The position numbers and the translations under genes were made by a program. The notes under the pieces are model-generated. The model saw only the letters and a list, made by a program, of their open reading frames with translations. It did no database searches and was not told where the DNA came from. From assembly GCA_053919585.1 (NCBI GenBank), contig JBSSHM010000304.1: DNA of 59,935 nt. The stretch is one strand, 5' to 3'. Below are positions 1 to 10,209 of this stretch, piece by piece. How positions within the stretch are numbered: position 1 is the first letter of the stretch; each line of letters starts with the position of its first letter. Source of the stretch: Euprymna scolopes. Taxonomy: Eukaryota.

Positions 1-3000
1 GTATTAGTTGGTTTGGATTTCTCTATAGATGTGTTGCCAAAAGCATTGGGCTCATTCTCATATAATCCATCTACTGCTGTAGCCATTATTGAGGACGTAG
101 TGGATCCAGTAGTTGTTATTGCAGCATTAACAACTACAGCAAGTGAGGATGTTGCGAATAATAGTTTACGTTTCAAAGTACAGCTTCAAAGTAAGATTAG
201 TACAGGCAATTTGGTTAACTTAGTGAATCAAACTCGGACACCCATTCAAGTTGTTTTAGAGATTGTTTCTACAGCTGGTTTCGGATTAGCGACTAGTTCG
301 GATGTACGTCCAGTTGTTAGTGGTGGTATATCACTACAATATCCAACAGCCACGATTGGTGTTAACTCTTCTGCTTCTGAGTTGGTTTTTGAAGTGGTTG
401 ATGATCTTCTTCTTGAGGCTACGGAGAAGTTGAAATTAAAAATTACGACATCTACTCATTCGTTAGTAAATGTTTATGCTCCTAACAGTGAAGCAGAAGT
501 CACAATTTTTGATAATGAAGTTGCTTTTGTAAATTTAGAGTTGCTAGCTAATGGTCATGAAAATGGATCACCTCTTTTAATAAAAGTTGCTTTGGATTCA
601 AAAAATAGCAAAAATCAGGTTCAGTATGGTAGCTTTAATCAAGCATTGGTTAATGAGACGGGTACTTCCATTACGGTTGCTTTTAACTATCCTGTACCTA
701 AGCAAGGCAAACACCAAGCGATTCCAGGTGTAGATTTTTCTGAGATAAAAAATATTGCTATTGCTCCAGGGGAATCTTCAACAACTCTATCACTGAGTGT
801 ATTGACTGATAATTTATGGGAAGATGAAGAGCCTGTAGAGGTAGAGATTTCAACGGTTAGCCACCCATCGGCTAATGTTAGCCGAGGAGGAATGACATCA
901 CTGCCGTTTGCGAATGGATCTTTGGCATATATTTATGATAGCCAAAACGCAACAAATAGCATAAAAGTTACTTTGGATACAAAAAATGGTGCATATAATT
1001 CAGCACAGGATGTTGATCTAAATGTCTCCTTAGCAAGAACAAACTTTACTGGACGAGATGTAGAGCTTGCTGTTGAGTTGGTTGGTTCAAATCAAGCTTT
1101 GGATGTTTATTCAACCACAGACTTTGTGATAGTAATTGCAGAAAACAGCAGTGAAACAACCTTTACTTTGGCAGTTAGAACAAATTCTTTTAGTGCGGTT
1201 ACTCCAGTTCCTATATCTGCTCAGATAACAAATGTTAACAGCAATCATCAAGCTTTAGATACTAGAGGGTCTAGTGTTACATGGAATATTTTTGAGCAAG
1301 GTAGAAACTTACTTGTAGCAACCTTTAGTGCAAGCAATGCAAAAGAAAGTGCAGGAAACTCTGCATTAATTGAAGTCAATATTGATAATCCATTCTCTGA
1401 GACAGTGACTTATTCTGTTAATGCGGTGTTTGATGGTTTGGCAAGCGTGGCAGATTTAAGCACAACGGCTTTATGGTATGACATTGTTGTACCAGCTGGT
1501 GCAACATATGGAAGCACCTATATTCATATCATTGATGATAATTTATTTGAGCAAGATGAGACTTTCACAATTTTAAATTCAAATGTACGTTTTGTGAGTA
1601 CAGGAGCCCTACCAGCAGTTCAAGTTGCTAATCGAAATTTGACAGTAAGTATAGAAGACAATGATTTCACAACTGTATCAATTAGTATTAATAGACCAGC
1701 TGTTGCTGAGGGAAGCAGTGCGATATTAACGGTCAGTTTAGATAAGATTAATAATACAGGAAGTGGTTTTTCCATAGAGTTGGCTGATAACCTGGATGCA
1801 GGCTCTCGTGCTAGATTTGCAGATATTATTGAGACAGTTAATAGCGTGCTGATACCGAATAAAGGATCAATAGCAACGGCTACAATTACTGCTGATAAGG
1901 ATAACTTCTTTGAATTAGATGAAAAATTAAACATCAGAGTTGCTGGATTTGGTCCACGTTTATTTGCTCAAACTGTGAAACGAATCAATACCTCTCATGC
2001 ATCTGCCACACTTACAATACTTGATGGTGATGATAAAGACCTCACCTATAGGTTAAGCTTTACTCATAATCGCTTTATTGAGGGTACGATTCTGACTCTA
2101 ACTTTAGATATGAGTAAGAGAAATGAAACAGGGCAGGCGGTTGTCTTTGATCCAAAATTTATCAAAGGAGTTGGACATACAGCATTAGATAATCTTGACG
2201 TTAATCTTCCATCTTCTAATATATCAATTCAGACAGGAAGTCAAGAAGTTGAATTTGAAGTGAAGTATCTTGAGGATACACTCTATGAAGGTATTGAGAA
2301 CTTTAATGTTGCTGTTGATATTGGTCAGGCATGGTCACAATATTTCATAACGAAGACAACAAGTGCGGAATTCTTTATAGAAGATAAGCAGGTTAAAGAT
2401 GGAATTGGTGTGGTCTTTAATTTAGCTGACTTTAAAGAAAGTGGTGTAGGTAGTGTTACGAATTTAACAGCAACATTATATCCAATTACTAACGGCAGAA
2501 TAAATACAGCTGTTCCGCCAGTAGTGAATAATACCAGTGAAACTCTGTTTATTTCACTAGATTATTCTGGACGGGCAAAAGTAGGCGTTGATTACAGCAC
2601 GTCTGCAAGCACCATTGATATTCCTGTAGGGCAATCACAAGGTCAGATTGTACTAACAGGTATTAGTGATAATTTGTTTGAAAATGATGAGAGCATAATA
2701 GTTTCCTTTGCTTCAGCGAAAGGTGCCGTGCCAGAGGCGTTGAATAATTATAAATCTGCTATGAGTTCTGCTTCTGTTGTCGTTATTGATGATGATAATG
2801 CACCTAATAGCATTAAGTTGACACCATTGCCAATATTTGGCACAGAAAATTCAACAAATGCAGAGATTGTCTTTGTATTGGCAAGCACAAATCATACGGA
2901 GTCTGATATTGAGCTAGACTTAAGTTATAGCTCAAACAGTGCTCGTTGGGGTTCATCAATGTCAAACCCACATATAGATATCTATGCAGATAAGAAAGTT

Positions 3001-6000
3001 TACATCAAGGTTGGAGAAAAACAAACAACAGTAGTTATGACAATCATTAATGATGAATTGTTTGAGGATACCGAACACAGTGATATTCAAATTGTAAAAG
3101 TATCCGATCCGGCAGTTATTTCAGGGCAAAGTACTCGAGTACAGATATTTGATGATGAAGCATTAGATGGCGTTTACCTAGAGTATACATTGAAGTCAGT
3201 TGGTACAGAGGGAGGCACCTCAATGGTTACAACTTTTGAGATGATCAATTTTGATGGTACTAAGCGTTATACAAATGAGACATCACAAACGATTACATTG
3301 AGATTTGGTCAGTTGGGAGGCAGAGCTATAAAAAATAGTGACTTCTTCTATGATCGGTTTAATTCGACTGGTGTTAAAGTGGTCGTGGGCAAAGGTGAAA
3401 AAGGTGGTCGTATAGAAATAGGTGTTTATAATGATTTGCTATTTGAATCAACCGAAACAATTATTTATGGTCTAGTTGATAAAAGCAATAACTCAATTAG
3501 GCAGAGTACAGCTGTAGCAGATATTATAGATAATGATACAGCAACGATTGTTCTTGCACCGTATACAAAGGGTGTGGAGGATGCTTCTGGATCAAAACCT
3601 ATTACATATAAGCTGTCGTTATATTTACTATCTGACTTGACTACGCCGACGGTGAACCACAGTTCAGGGGCATTACAGTTTGGTGTTAAGGCAGTTGGTG
3701 GTGTAGCAATCAATCGTTCAGGATCAAATCTTGGGGATTATGAGTTATTGAGTGCAAACATTATAGAAATCCAAGAAGGCTCTAGCTCGGGTATACTGAG
3801 CATTCCAGTCAATGATGATTCGTTATTTGAATTAGAAGAAAGTGTAGAAATAGAAGTGGATGTACATAGCACAGCCTTGCCATTAAATGATTTAATTGTT
3901 GCAAATACACCAACTGCTTACACAACAACTAACTTTATTGTTGATAATGACACAATAACGGTAACTATCTCAACAATTACTGATGGTGCTGAGGGTGGAA
4001 CAACTTCACCTGTAGTTATTCAAGTTAGCTTGGGTCTTATTAATGACACATCACAGACTTTATTAGTGCCTTTATCAATGAGTTCAACAGTCGGTAATGC
4101 GATATATTTCACGGGTGCTAATGCTACCGAGGCAGATTATGGTGGCATTGCTACAGCAACTATTTTAATTGGGAAATCTACGGCAGATGTTACTTTTACA
4201 GTAATAGATGATAATCGACTAGAGTTTAGGGAGTATTTTGATGTTAATATTGCGGGTTTATATAGTGCAAAAGGACAGAAAATCATCAATAGTATAGCAC
4301 TTGTTAGCACAGATGTTAAGAAGGCAAGTATTATGGATAATGAATCCACGCGTGTTATAGTGAGCATTATTAATGGTAGCGAGCGTCCTTCTGATGCTGA
4401 ACTACGTATTGCTTTGGATTCTGGTGTGGTTAGTGGATTAGTAAGCTCAATGGTATTTAAAGTAGATTTGAGTTCTAATGCTGGTGATCATGGTGTACCT
4501 GGATTTGGTTTACACTTTAGTACAAATTCAATAACGAGCACCTTCACAGATATTACGAATGTTCCTGAATATATAGAAATAGGTTTTGGTGAAAACACCC
4601 ATGCATACAGAATGCCGGTAATTGATGATCCGTATTTTGAAGGCGAAGAAACATTATTGTTAAAATTTAACGCAACTGGCATGATTTCTGGAAAAATAAA
4701 TCTTAATTCAACAACTATGGCATTAGGTGTCAGAGATAATGATGATTTAGCAAATTCTATAGAAACAACCATGACAATGCTTATTGATACAGCGTATGAG
4801 CCAAACTCAACAGATCAAATTGTTTGGTCAGTATCTTTAGCAAAAATCAATTACACAAAAAGCACAATAACGGTTGGCTTTAGCTATAAAGGTGCAGCCA
4901 TTGCAGATACAGACTTCAGTAGTGCGGTGGCAACCATCGCGATAGGTGATAAAAATACTCAAGTATCCATTCTTCCTATAGATGACTTATTGGTTGAGTC
5001 AACAGAAACAATTGAGATTCAGTTTAATGCAAAAAGTAATCAAGCATTATCATTTGATAGACAGCAAAGAAATATTGGTCCATTGAAGGCAGCTATTGGT
5101 GATGATGATATTCAACGGATGACAATTATTCCAGTCACAACACCTTTAGTTTTAACAGAGCAAGGTGGGGCAAAAGATTTCTTATTTGAGATGGTTGATA
5201 TAACTAATACGGCAATTAAGCTATACAATGGTCTATCTGCACCAATGAAGTTTGATTTAACATACAGTGGTCGGGCTAGTCGTAATGGTGCAGGAGTCGA
5301 TTATTCAGCTCCAGATAGTATTTTTATAGCAATTGCAAACAGTACAATGTCATTAAAAATCATTCCTGTGGATGATGTGCGTTTTGAAGGTGATGAAGAT
5401 ATTAAAGTATCATTTACTAATTCTTTAGCATCACAAAAGATTTTCACGACTCAAACGATTGTTCTTGAGGACAGTGATGATAAAAATGTTACGGCAACAA
5501 TTAGTATACAAAAACTTCCAGTAGAAGGTGTTACAACAGGGGTATTAGTGGTGAGCTTACCAGTCATAAATGAGACCACATCTTCTGTAATATTGAGCTT
5601 GTCATCATCGGGAAGCGTGGGTTCAGACGAAGTAAAATTAAGTACCTCGGTAATAAACATTCCTCCAGGTAGCGATAAGCAACTGGTAGAAGTCTTTACA
5701 GGCAATGATAGGCTCTTAGAATCTACGGAATATCGTTCAGTATGGGTAAGTAAGGTGTTATCGAATCATAGCATTCACATGCTTGCTTCAACCTCAGTTC
5801 CAGTTATTGATGATGAGTTAATTAATACAAGAATTCAATCAAGCATATCTATGGGATATGAAAATGGAACCCCTGTCACAGTTGTCGCACATTTAGTTGA
5901 TATACGGGATCTTAGCACCGTCACCTATGCGATTATCGGACAAGATTTGAGGGTTTCTCCAAGTATTGATTTCTCAACAAATCAAACTCAAATTGATTCA

Positions 6001-9000
6001 AGAGATGTGAATGAAGGGGCATTTATTCCTAGATCATTTAGCCTTCAAGATACTACAGAGGTTACATTGATATTGCCAGTTATTAAAGATAGTTTATTTG
6101 AAACCATTGAGTCAGTAGTGATTAATTTAACTGCAGAAATCGTACCTTTTGTTGGTGTAAACAAACTTTCAACCAAGACATTATTAACACAAATACAGGA
6201 TACCCTTCCAACACCCAAATATTCTATAGAATTTAGTGCAGATAGTAGCGTAGTGAAAGAGACCTCTCTTACAGCGTCATACGTAGTTTCTTTGAAAAAT
6301 GGACAACAGAATATCGTAAACAATACCTCAAAAGATATTATCCTTGCTATAGACTACTTAGGTAATGCAACCTTAGGCGAGGATTACAGTACGTCGATGA
6401 ATTATGTAACTATTGCTAAAGGTCATTCAACAGGAGCTTTGGTTCTATCTATAATTGATGATAATTTATATGAAAAAGATGAAGAAATTGTATTGTCATT
6501 AAATAAACAAAAAAATAGTGGCTTATCTGCATACTTCTTGCTAGATAGCTCATTCACAACAATCATTTTAGATAATGAAAGTCGTAGGGATTTAGAGGCA
6601 ACCTTTGTATTATCATCAACCTCCTTATCTATCAACGAGTTAAGTTTATTACCTGTTGATATTGATGTAATTCTCTCATCAACTAATAATATCGGCTCAG
6701 ATTTATTACTGAATGTTGTTTCTCTAGGTAATGCTGTAATTAATAAAGATTTTGAAGTGCTCTCTACTCAAGTTAGAATTGCTAATAATAGTCGAGTTGG
6801 AAAAATAACTTTGCAGTTAAAAGATGATAAGCTAATTGAAATGAATGAGAGGATTGTGTTAGCTGTTGACAGTCTTTCATTTGGTTCATTGCGTAATACA
6901 GGAAGTAGTGCGGTGATAACGATTATTGATGATGATTATCTAGCAAAAGTTGGTGTAAAATTTTCTGTCCTCCAAGTTGGGAAAGAAAGCACAACAGTGT
7001 TTAATTTAAGCTCAGAAACGGCAACAATTCAAAATAACAGTGTAGATATTATTCTACAGGCCAAACTGCATAAGGCTAATTCAGTGAGTTCTTTGATTGG
7101 TAATGGATTTAACAGCACATTAAGTGTTTTAGTCTATCGTTCATCAGATTCAGTGGCATCAATTCATGATGTATCTATACCAAGTACGACAGCTTTTTAC
7201 TTTGCACCAAACTCATCATTATCAACATTGAGATTAACGGTACATGATGATATATTATTTGAAGGCAATGAAATTGTCACTATTCGATTAAGTTCGCCAA
7301 CATTAACCACGCCTTTTGCTAGCTTACCAGTTGGTTCTCGTTCTTCTATAACTAGTGGCTTTAACCGATTACATCAACGGTATGTGGAAGCAATTATTGA
7401 GGATAATGAAGCACTATCAGGCATTCCAGTAACTTTTACTACGAAAAGCAATGGGGTGGAGGGAGCATCTTTAGGTAATGTATTAATTAACCCTATACCG
7501 CTCACTTTTGAAGTACAGATGGCATTAGCAAATCACACCAATAAACCGATTGATATACCAGTAGGCTATACGGGAGGTACAGCAATAGGATCATCCACAT
7601 CAGGATTTGGTGTTGATTACAGCAATGCAAATACAAGTCTTATTGTTCCTATTGGTTCAGACAAGGCGATTCTAACAGTACAAGTCTTTAATGATGAATG
7701 GCAAGAAAAAGATGAAACCGTATTTATTTCCTTTAGCAATACTTATAAAAACATATTGAAATTTACTAATTCATCCGTGATTGGTTTAATCAAAGATGCA
7801 GGAACAGATACAGATGGTGATCGTCTTCCTGATATTTACGAAGCGGCTTTCGGAAGTAATCCAAATGTTAAGGATACTGATGGCGATGGTTTGAATGATG
7901 GCGACGAGTATATGAATTTTGTTGCAACAAATTCAACACCAAAATTAAATATATTGATTGCTGATACTGATGGTGATGGTATCTTAGATGGCGATGAAGA
8001 TTTTGATGGTGATGGTTTAACAAATAGCGAGGAAATTGCAAATAAAACCAATCCATATTCTTCTGATACAGATGGTGATCGCCTAACAGATGCACAAGAA
8101 ATTAAGATCACAAAAACAAGCCCAATTCTTGCAGATAGTGATAATGATGGAATATCTGATGCAGATGAAGATTTGGACTATGACTCATTAACCAACTGGG
8201 AAGAATTTAATATTTATGGTTTAAGTCCAGTTAAATTAGACACCAATGAAGATGGGGTGACGGACTTTAATGAAGACGCTGATGGTGATGGGGTAAAAAA
8301 TGGTAATGAAAGGGCCGTGAATCTTTTCGCCCAACAAGTTGCCTCAGGTGTCTTTGATGCAAAAGTGAAGTTGAATGATGATATTGATAATGATGGTTTA
8401 GTTTATGGTGTTGATCCAGATAGTAACAATGATGGTATTATTGATAGTGCTTATGACTTTGATAAAGACGGTTATCCTGATAATTATGAAATTGCTATAG
8501 GAAGAGAAGGGGATCCTCTAGATCCTGCTATACCAGCTCAATTTACCACTTTCCTTAAACTATTGAAAGATCAAGATTTTGATGGTGATGGTTTAATGAA
8601 TCTATGGGAAGTTCAGCATGGATTAGATCCCAAAGTTGCAACCATGGCAGATAGAGACTTTGATGGTGTCCCAGATGTAGTAGAATCCTACATCTCCTGT
8701 AGTCGGACAACGGGTACGCTCACACAATGGCCAGAGATAATGTATGGTTGTAGCTCTACATCAAATGTCACATTAGATACCGATACGGATGGAGATGGCT
8801 TGCCTGATTTTTCAGAAGTGATATTAGGAAGTGATTTTGCTGATAATCAAAGTCCACCGAAGATTATATCAACGAATGGTTTAGAGAGTTCTATTAATCA
8901 ATATTTGTCAAAATATAATGTCATTGCAACAGGTATTGATTCAGATGCTGATGGAGATGGCTTTACTGACTTAGAAGAAGCAAAACTTGGCTTGAATCCT

Positions 9001-10116
9001 GCTGTCCATTCACAGCCAGTTATATGGATAGATGTCTCGCAAGAAAATGTTGGCGGTGTTAGTGCTATCAGACAAAATAGAGGCTTTGTGGTTGCACATG
9101 TGCTAATAGGAGGCAGACAGCAGATGGTTGATGTTGATTGGAATGGTAGTAGCCAAGAGGTTAAATCAGCTATTACTGGCAAGAGTGCTTGCACGCAAGC
9201 TGATGGTTTGGCTCTTCAGTGTAAGAAGATCATACTTGATAGTAGCAAGTTATCTGCAGGGCAGAAGTTAAAATTTGTTGTCAGTGCGTATCGTTATAAT
9301 CAGGGTAGAACGAAGAGAACGCCAACATCAATATATGAACTAACCATTCCTGTAGTTAGAACAACGGTTGAGAAAGATCTCATTATCGATGCTAATTTTG
9401 ATGGTCGTCCAGATAGCAAATTTGTTAAGAAAGATAATATCGTGGTATCTAATGAGGAGATTGTTCGATTTGGCGAGGCCACAGCTATCGGTGCCTCAGG
9501 TATTTTGATGAGATATGGTGATGTGGCTCGTTTATTTAATCCAAGCATTGGAGTAAGTGTATCAGAAAAAGCTTTTGTAGATTTTTACGGTAAAGGAGAT
9601 GATGAATTTATCTTTACTGTCAGTCCATATAACCTGCAAGTAATTTCTCTACCAGAGGTTGGCAGTAAAGTGTCGATTATTTACAAGCTTTCTAGCAACT
9701 TGCCAATAGGTACGAATATTGCTAGAATCAGGACAACTAGGGGATGGGTTGATTTCACGCCTACTGTGAGTGATCGTGTTTACTCATCAAGAATATCAGG
9801 CAATTCTGACTGTCCAACACTTCCTACTGCCTATAGTGTGGGTATGGTTTCTGGAGCAAATTGTATCAAACTAGATATCACAGATGGAGGAATAAATGAT
9901 GAAGATGGACAGCGAAATGGTAGTGTGCGTAATAGCTTCTCTGTAGGTACTTTTGATGCAGAAATTGTAGTTTCCAGTGGACTTGGTGGAGATGGTTTTG
10001 ATGGTAGTGGTTGTTCATTAGGTGGTAATCAAGGTAAATTTGATTGGGTATGGGTATTGTTATTGTTAGGAGCAATACTTGTTCACTTAATCAATCGTCG
10101 TAGAGCGAACAAATAA
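1..10116 (+). CDS. Giant surface adhesin-like protein, 5'-truncated by the window: about 20 Calx-beta-like repeats, TSP3-like Asp-rich repeats, choice-of-anchor-U-like domain, C-terminal sorting anchor
   Basis: Frame 1 is open from base 1 (GTA TTA GTT GGT TTG), so the real start lies upstream. A (D/N)DxLxExxE...IxDxD motif recurs about every 125-130 aa. Many DTDGDG/DFDGDG motifs occur at about 7800-9000. The C-terminus reads CIKLDITDGGINDEDGQRNG, then a Gly-rich linker, GCSL, a hydrophobic helix and RRR. Confidence 0.85.
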   Translation, partial: VLVGLDFSIDVLPKALGSFSYNPSTAVAIIEDVVDPVVVIAALTTTASEDVANNSLRFKVQLQSKISTGNLVNLVNQTRTPIQVVLEIVSTAGFGLATSSDVRPVVSGGISLQYPTATIGVNSSASELVFEVVDDLLLEATEKLKLKITTSTHSLVNVYAPNSEAEVTIFDNEVAFVNLELLANGHENGSPLLIKVALDSKNSKNQVQYGSFNQALVNETGTSITVAFNYPVPKQGKHQAIPGVDFSEIKNIAIAPGESSTTLSLSVLTDNLWEDEEPVEVEISTVSHPSANVSRGGMTSLPFANGSLAYIYDSQNATNSIKVTLDTKNGAYNSAQDVDLNVSLARTNFTGRDVELAVELVGSNQALDVYSTTDFVIVIAENSSETTFTLAVRTNSFSAVTPVPISAQITNVNSNHQALDTRGSSVTWNIFEQGRNLLVATFSASNAKESAGNSALIEVNIDNPFSETVTYSVNAVFDGLASVADLSTTALWYDIVVPAGATYGSTYIHIIDDNLFEQDETFTILNSNVRFVSTGALPAVQVANRNLTVSIEDNDFTTVSISINRPAVAEGSSAILTVSLDKINNTGSGFSIELADNLDAGSRARFADIIETVNSVLIPNKGSIATATITADKDNFFELDEKLNIRVAGFGPRLFAQTVKRINTSHASATLTILDGDDKDLTYRLSFTHNRFIEGTILTLTLDMSKRNETGQAVVFDPKFIKGVGHTALDNLDVNLPSSNISIQTGSQEVEFEVKYLEDTLYEGIENFNVAVDIGQAWSQYFITKTTSAEFFIEDKQVKDGIGVVFNLADFKESGVGSVTNLTATLYPITNGRINTAVPPVVNNTSETLFISLDYSGRAKVGVDYSTSASTIDIPVGQSQGQIVLTGISDNLFENDESIIVSFASAKGAVPEALNNYKSAMSSASVVVIDDDNAPNSIKLTPLPIFGTENSTNAEIVFVLASTNHTESDIELDLSYSSNSARWGSSMSNPHIDIYADKKVYIKVGEKQTTVVMTIINDELFEDTEHSDIQIVKVSDPAVISGQSTRVQIFDDEALDGVYLEYTLKSVGTEGGTSMVTTFEMINFDGTKRYTNETSQTITLRFGQLGGRAIKNSDFFYDRFNSTGVKVVVGKGEKGGRIEIGVYNDLLFESTETIIYGLVDKSNNSIRQSTAVADIIDNDTATIVLAPYTKGVEDASGSKPITYKLSLYLLSDLTTPTVNHSSGALQFGVKAVGGVAINRSGSNLGDYELLSANIIEIQEGSSSGILSIPVNDDSLFELEESVEIEVDVHSTALPLNDLIVANTPTAYTTTNFIVDNDTITVTISTITDGAEGGTTSPVVIQVSLGLINDTSQTLLVPLSMSSTVGNAIYFTGANATEADYGGIATATILIGKSTADVTFTVIDDNRLEFREYFDVNIAGLYSAKGQKIINSIALVSTDVKKASIMDNESTRVIVSIINGSERPSDAELRIALDSGVVSGLVSSMVFKVDLSSNAGDHGVPGFGLHFSTNSITSTFTDITNVPEYIEIGFGENTHAYRMPVIDDPYFEGEETLLLKFNATGMISGKINLNSTTMALGVRDNDDLANSIETTMTMLIDTAYEPNSTDQIVWSVSLAKINYTKSTITVGFSYKGAAIADTDFSSAVATIAIGDKNTQVSILPIDDLLVESTETIEIQFNAKSNQALSFDRQQRNIGPLKAAIGDDDIQRMTIIPVTTPLVLTEQGGAKDFLFEMVDITNTAIKLYNGLSAPMKFDLTYSGRASRNGAGVDYSAPDSIFIAIANSTMSLKIIPVDDVRFEGDEDIKVSFTNSLASQKIFTTQTIVLEDSDDKNVTATISIQKLPVEGVTTGVLVVSLPVINETTSSVILSLSSSGSVGSDEVKLSTSVINIPPGSDKQLVEVFTGNDRLLESTEYRSVWVSKVLSNHSIHMLASTSVPVIDDELINTRIQSSISMGYENGTPVTVVAHLVDIRDLSTVTYAIIGQDLRVSPSIDFSTNQTQIDSRDVNEGAFIPRSFSLQDTTEVTLILPVIKDSLFETIESVVINLTAEIVPFVGVNKLSTKTLLTQIQDTLPTPKYSIEFSADSSVVKETSLTASYVVSLKNGQQNIVNNTSKDIILAIDYLGNATLGEDYSTSMNYVTIAKGHSTGALVLSIIDDNLYEKDEEIVLSLNKQKNSGLSAYFLLDSSFTTIILDNESRRDLEATFVLSSTSLSINELSLLPVDIDVILSSTNNIGSDLLLNVVSLGNAVINKDFEVLSTQVRIANNSRVGKITLQLKDDKLIEMNERIVLAVDSLSFGSLRNTGSSAVITIIDDDYLAKVGVKFSVLQVGKESTTVFNLSSETATIQNNSVDIILQAKLHKANSVSSLIGNGFNSTLSVLVYRSSDSVASIHDVSIPSTTAFYFAPNSSLSTLRLTVHDDILFEGNEIVTIRLSSPTLTTPFASLPVGSRSSITSGFNRLHQRYVEAIIEDNEALSGIPVTFTTKSNGVEGASLGNVLINPIPLTFEVQMALANHTNKPIDIPVGYTGGTAIGSSTSGFGVDYSNANTSLIVPIGSDKAILTVQVFNDEWQEKDETVFISFSNTYKNILKFTNSSVIGLIKDAGTDTDGDRLPDIYEAAFGSNPNVKDTDGDGLNDGDEYMNFVATNSTPKLNILIADTDGDGILDGDEDFDGDGLTNSEEIANKTNPYSSDTDGDRLTDAQEIKITKTSPILADSDNDGISDADEDLDYDSLTNWEEFNIYGLSPVKLDTNEDGVTDFNEDADGDGVKNGNERAVNLFAQQVASGVFDAKVKLNDDIDNDGLVYGVDPDSNNDGIIDSAYDFDKDGYPDNYEIAIGREGDPLDPAIPAQFTTFLKLLKDQDFDGDGLMNLWEVQHGLDPKVATMADRDFDGVPDVVESYISCSRTTGTLTQWPEIMYGCSSTSNVTLDTDTDGDGLPDFSEVILGSDFADNQSPPKIISTNGLESSINQYLSKYNVIATGIDSDADGDGFTDLEEAKLGLNPAVHSQPVIWIDVSQENVGGVSAIRQNRGFVVAHVLIGGRQQMVDVDWNGSSQEVKSAITGKSACTQADGLALQCKKIILDSSKLSAGQKLKFVVSAYRYNQGRTKRTPTSIYELTIPVVRTTVEKDLIIDANFDGRPDSKFVKKDNIVVSNEEIVRFGEATAIGASGILMRYGDVARLFNPSIGVSVSEKAFVDFYGKGDDEFIFTVSPYNLQVISLPEVGSKVSIIYKLSSNLPIGTNIARIRTTRGWVDFTPTVSDRVYSSRISGNSDCPTLPTAYSVGMVSGANCIKLDITDGGINDEDGQRNGSVRNSFSVGTFDAEIVVSSGLGGDGFDGSGCSLGGNQGKFDWVWVLLLLGAILVHLINRRRANK
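390..7800 (+). repeat. About 20 diverged protein-level Calx-beta-like repeats, period roughly 380 nt
   Basis: DDLLLEATE, TDNLWEDEE, DDNLFEQDE, KDNFFELDE, EDTLYEGIE, SDNLFENDE, NDELFEDTE, NDLLFESTE, DDSLFELEE, DDNRLEFRE, DDPYFEGEE, DDLLVESTE, DDVRFEGDE, NDRLLESTE, KDSLFETIE, DDNLYEKDE, DDKLIEMNE, DDILFEGNE, NDEWQEKDE, plus one degenerate unit. No obvious DNA-level identity between units. Confidence 0.8.
7801..9000 (+). repeat. Bacterial thrombospondin type 3-like Ca2+-binding repeats
   Basis: DTDGDRLPD, DTDGDGLNDGDE, DTDGDGILDGDE, DFDGDGLTN, DSDNDGISD, DADGDGVKN, DFDGDGLMN, DTDGDGLPD, DADGDGFTD, often followed by (G/T)xNP. Confidence 0.8.
9976..10116 (+). other. JDVT-CTERM-like C-terminal protein-sorting signal
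   Basis: SGLGGDGFDGSGCSLGGNQGKFDWVWVLLLLGAILVHLINRRRANK*: Gly-rich, GC(S/T), about 8-residue spacer, FD, TM helix, basic tail. Confidence 0.6.
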
Positions 10117-10209
10117 CCGATATTTCCCCATTTTTCTTGTATATATTGCTTTTGGGCAGTATAGTTTCTTTCTGTAGTTTTCTCTTTCTTATGCAAGCTA
10201 TTTTTCATT

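Noticed and set aside
7801-9000. Possible RTX (T1SS) nonapeptide repeats
   Set aside because: The motifs are DxDGDG TSP3-like, not GGxGxDxLx, and the protein ends in a TM anchor rather than a T1SS signal.
1620-10075. Many 65-105 aa minus-strand ORFs inside the giant gene, and similar antisense or alternate-frame ORFs inside asd, gspD/E/F, pepA, valS, hslV, thiC, mnmA, surA and mscS
   Set aside because: They are shadow ORFs of well-supported genes, with no recognisable motifs.
9976-10116. GlyGly-CTERM (rhombosortase) or LPXTG/PEP-CTERM anchor
   Set aside because: A Cys followed by a spacer and FD before the TM helix fits Cys-type CTERM better. No PEP or LPXTG motif is present.
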